NCBI GenBank assembly: GCA_030526225.1
Contig: JAUNDF010000024.1
Coordinates: 1-18,314 of the forward strand
From: Clostridia bacterium
Lineage (GTDB): Bacteria; Bacillota; Clostridia; Christensenellales; Aristaeellaceae
Length of the DNA stretch: 18,314 bases
Direction of reading: 5' to 3'
The notes below the pieces were generated by a model, which made no database searches, had not been told where the DNA came from, and saw only the letters and a program-made list of their open reading frames with translations. Shown here in pieces: positions 15,951-18,314 of the stretch; positions within the stretch are counted from its first letter, which is position 1, and each line of letters begins with the position of its first letter. Made by a program: the position numbers and the translations under genes.

Positions 15951-16020
15951 TGAGAAAAGCCGAAGCCTGCGCGGCCTCGGCTTTTGGAAATGGCGGCAGG
16001 AAGGGTTGCATCCTGCCGCC
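15951..16020 (-). terminator. Two tandem hairpins after the SH3b-protein gene; the promoter-distal one is a canonical terminator
   Basis: Hairpin 1 is GGCGGCAGG/CCTGCCGCC (15992-16020, 9 bp). Hairpin 2 is AAAAGCCGAAGCC/GGCCTCGGCTTTT (15955-15985), with a U-run on the minus strand. Confidence 0.65.
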
Positions 16021-16031
16021 GGGAAATACGC

Positions 16032-18314
16032 TTATTTGTGACCGTTCAGGGCGTTCTGCCATGCGTATTCGATGGCTTCGGCATGGCCGCTGTCCACCTG
16101 ATCGCCGGCGTGTGTCTTACTGCCGGTGAAGTGGATGCAGATCTGACCCTTCATGTCGTTGTTGGCGATGGTATCGCCTTTGGGATAGTTATGAGGCACG
16201 CCGTACAGGGAGCAGGCGAAGGTCCGGTTGCCGATGGTGACCAGGCAGGGACGGCGCCGCCACATGTTCTTGTCCGCAATCTCCTGGGTGTTGGAAACAC
16301 CGTAGATACGGCACAGACGTGCGGAGTCGGCCGCGGTCAGGGGTTCCACGTCGGCGTGGTTGCCGCCGGACCAGCGGTGTGCCCACCATACGATGCCGGT
16401 CTTCACGTCATAGACCATGACGTTGGCGCCCTTGGGCCACATGCTCTGGATGCCGCCGGTGAACCAGTTGATCTTCTCGGCGGGATAGATGGGCATGATG
16501 ATGTCGGAGGCGCTGGTGGAGCCGACAGGTACCGTGCCGTACAGCTTGTGCTGGGTATCAGGACCGGCGATGCCGTCTGCATACAGGCCGTTGGCGGTCT
16601 GGAACTTCTTCACAGCCGTTTCAACCGCGGAGGTGTAGCTGCTGGTGATGGAGCCGGTGTAGTAGCCCTTGTTCTTCAGGGCGGTGACCAGATTCTTCAC
16701 GTTGGTGCCGCTGTCACCCTTCTTCAGCGTGGTGTAGGAGGCCTCGGTCTTGCCCTCGTTGGGGTTGGTGGTCACATTGGCCTCGCCGCTGCCGGAGGGC
16801 GGGGGCGTTACATCGCCGGCATCGGAGCCGCCGTTGTCGGTGCGCTCCACGCAGTCACTGCGCAGCCAGCCCATGCCATACTTGGTGGATACATAATACC
16901 AGGTGTAGCCGCGATAGTTTTCCGTCTTGGTAAAGCTGAAGGTCTGACCGCGGTCAACCTGACCCATGGAAGCGCCGCCGGGGGTCTTGCGCACATTCAC
17001 GCCGCCCATGGTGGTGCGGACAGTGCCAAGGCCTGTGGTGGATGTGGGCGCGGGGGTAACCGTGCCGCCGCCACCGCCGCCGAGCTCTTCCTGAGTCATC
17101 ACGCGGACACAGGTGCCCAGTACCCAAACCTCCTGATTCTTGTAAATCACGCGATACCACAGGCTGCCGCCCACGGTCTTGGAGGTGTTGTACTGCATCT
17201 GGGTGCCGATGGAAACCTTTTCGATGGACTTGGAGTCCTTGGAGGCAGAGGCACGCAGGTTGACCTTATCCAGAATGGTAATCACATAGCTGGAGGGCGT
17301 GCCGGGGGTGGAACCGCCGCCGCCGCTGCCGCCGGAAACGCTGGCGCAGTCGCTGCGGACATAGCCCTTCACACCGGCCACGGTGATGGGATACCAGGTG
17401 TAGCCGCCCTTGGATACGCTGCTGCCGGCCATGGGATACTGCTTGCCCTTGTCCAGGGTACCGATCTTGGCACCGGCAGGCTCCTTGCGGAAGTTGACGG
17501 AGGACATGGTGATGGTCACCGTCTGTCCGGTGACAGTGGTGGGTGCCGCCGTGGGCGTATCGCCGCCGCTGGTCTTGACAGAGACGCAGTCGCTGCGCAG
17601 ATAACCGGCCTTGCCGTTATACACCACGGGATACCATGTATATGCACCGCTGACCACGCCGGGGCCGGTCAGGGCCAGAGTCACGCCCTTGTCCACCACG
17701 GCAATGCGGGTGCCCGCGGGCTTGGAACGGAAATTGACGTTGGAAACCACGGTGGTCACGCTGCCGTAGCTGCCGCTGACGGGGGTATTGGTGGAAATGG
17801 GGCCCACAGGGGTGGATGTGACCGCCACGCAGTCGGCACGGACATAATACAGCTTGCCGTCAGTATACTTGATGGGGTACCAGGTGAAGCCGTTCTTCAC
17901 CTCGGCTTTGCCGGCCAGGGGCATGGTGGTTCCCTTGCCCACCCATTCGCCCACGCGCTCACCGGCGGGGGAATTGCGCAGGTTTACGCTGCTGAGAATC
18001 AGCTGTACGTGGTCACCGGTCACAGGGGCGGGTGTGGGGGTTACGCCGGGGGCCGCAGTCTCGCCGGGGGCAGGGGTGGTGCCGCTGCCGATGAGCTGCA
18101 CGCAGTCGCCGCGGACATACAGCACCTTGCCCTGATAGGCCACAGGATACCAGGAATAGCCGCCTGCCTGCTCCACAGCGCCGGTCACCTCAAGGGTGGA
18201 GCCGATGCCGGTCCACTCTTCCTTCTTGGTGCCGTTGGGGGTTGCCCGCAGGTTGGCGGAGGACAGAATCAGCTTGACAAAGGTGGTGCCGGTACCGCCG
18301 GTGGTGCCTGTGCC
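16032..18314 (-). CDS. Cell-wall-associated protein, 5'-truncated by the window edge: at least six SH3b (SH3_3) repeats + PG_binding_1 domain + unassigned C-terminal domain of about 155 aa
   Basis: The frame stays open from 18188 to 18314 (GTGTTGGTGTTFVKLILSSANLRATPNG…), so the GTG at 18188 is internal. The repeated unit is VN(L/F)RxxPxGxxIGxxxKGxxxxxxG…(Y/F)TWYP(V/I)xYxGKxGY(V/L)R(S/A)DC(V/A), with Gly/Pro/Thr linkers. PG_binding_1 is LKKGDSGTNVKNLVTALKNKGYY…AVKKFQTANGLYADGIAGPDTQHKLYG (about 16536-16736). Stop codon is TAA at 16032. Confidence 0.85.
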   Translation of the reverse strand, partial: GTGTTGGTGTTFVKLILSSANLRATPNGTKKEEWTGIGSTLEVTGAVEQAGGYSWYPVAYQGKVLYVRGDCVQLIGSGTTPAPGETAAPGVTPTPAPVTGDHVQLILSSVNLRNSPAGERVGEWVGKGTTMPLAGKAEVKNGFTWYPIKYTDGKLYYVRADCVAVTSTPVGPISTNTPVSGSYGSVTTVVSNVNFRSKPAGTRIAVVDKGVTLALTGPGVVSGAYTWYPVVYNGKAGYLRSDCVSVKTSGGDTPTAAPTTVTGQTVTITMSSVNFRKEPAGAKIGTLDKGKQYPMAGSSVSKGGYTWYPITVAGVKGYVRSDCASVSGGSGGGGSTPGTPSSYVITILDKVNLRASASKDSKSIEKVSIGTQMQYNTSKTVGGSLWYRVIYKNQEVWVLGTCVRVMTQEELGGGGGGTVTPAPTSTTGLGTVRTTMGGVNVRKTPGGASMGQVDRGQTFSFTKTENYRGYTWYYVSTKYGMGWLRSDCVERTDNGGSDAGDVTPPPSGSGEANVTTNPNEGKTEASYTTLKKGDSGTNVKNLVTALKNKGYYTGSITSSYTSAVETAVKKFQTANGLYADGIAGPDTQHKLYGTVPVGSTSASDIIMPIYPAEKINWFTGGIQSMWPKGANVMVYDVKTGIVWWAHRWSGGNHADVEPLTAADSARLCRIYGVSNTQEIADKNMWRRRPCLVTIGNRTFACSLYGVPHNYPKGDTIANNDMKGQICIHFTGSKTHAGDQVDSGHAEAIEYAWQNALNGHK

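Noticed and set aside
1-18314. Scan for CRISPR arrays, IS elements or transposases, integrases, phage genes, toxin-antitoxin pairs and known defence-system genes.
   Set aside because: No regularly spaced direct repeats were found, and no ORF has transposase, integrase, nuclease-helicase or TA-like features. All sizeable ORFs are accounted for by transport, housekeeping or cell-envelope genes.

Overview
This is a high-GC chromosomal segment that looks like Firmicutes/Clostridia. That taxonomic guess is inferred from GGAGG-type Shine-Dalgarno (SD) sites, an LPXTG protein and SH3b cell-wall proteins. I can support 14 protein genes. I found no rRNA, tRNA, CRISPR array, transposase or integrase. 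Gene order, left to right: a CDF metal exporter (-); an mglB-mglA-mglC sugar ABC importer (-); a 74-aa membrane protein (+); a VanY/M15B-like protein with all zinc and catalytic residues substituted (+); a low-GC BspA-type LRR + Ig-like-repeat + LPXTG surface protein (+); an rph::rdgB fusion gene translationally coupled to a YsnB/YfcE-type phosphoesterase (+); and a DUF368 membrane protein (+). These are followed on the minus strand by an EamA/DMT transporter, an acidic phasin-like protein, a secreted CapA-family protein, and the 3' 2.3 kb of a multi-SH3b / PG_binding_1 wall protein with an unassigned C-terminal domain. The most unusual observation is that two otherwise intact genes each carry exactly one in-frame TAG: the surface protein at 7939-7941 and the phosphoesterase at 11694-11696. 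In both, essential motifs lie on both sides of the TAG. The only gene in the window that terminates on TAG has a TGA one codon later. This could mean two independent nonsense pseudogenes, assembly errors, or amber readthrough/recoding. The window alone cannot decide between these. Otherwise the region looks like ordinary core and cell-envelope genes. I see no defence island or mobile-element architecture.
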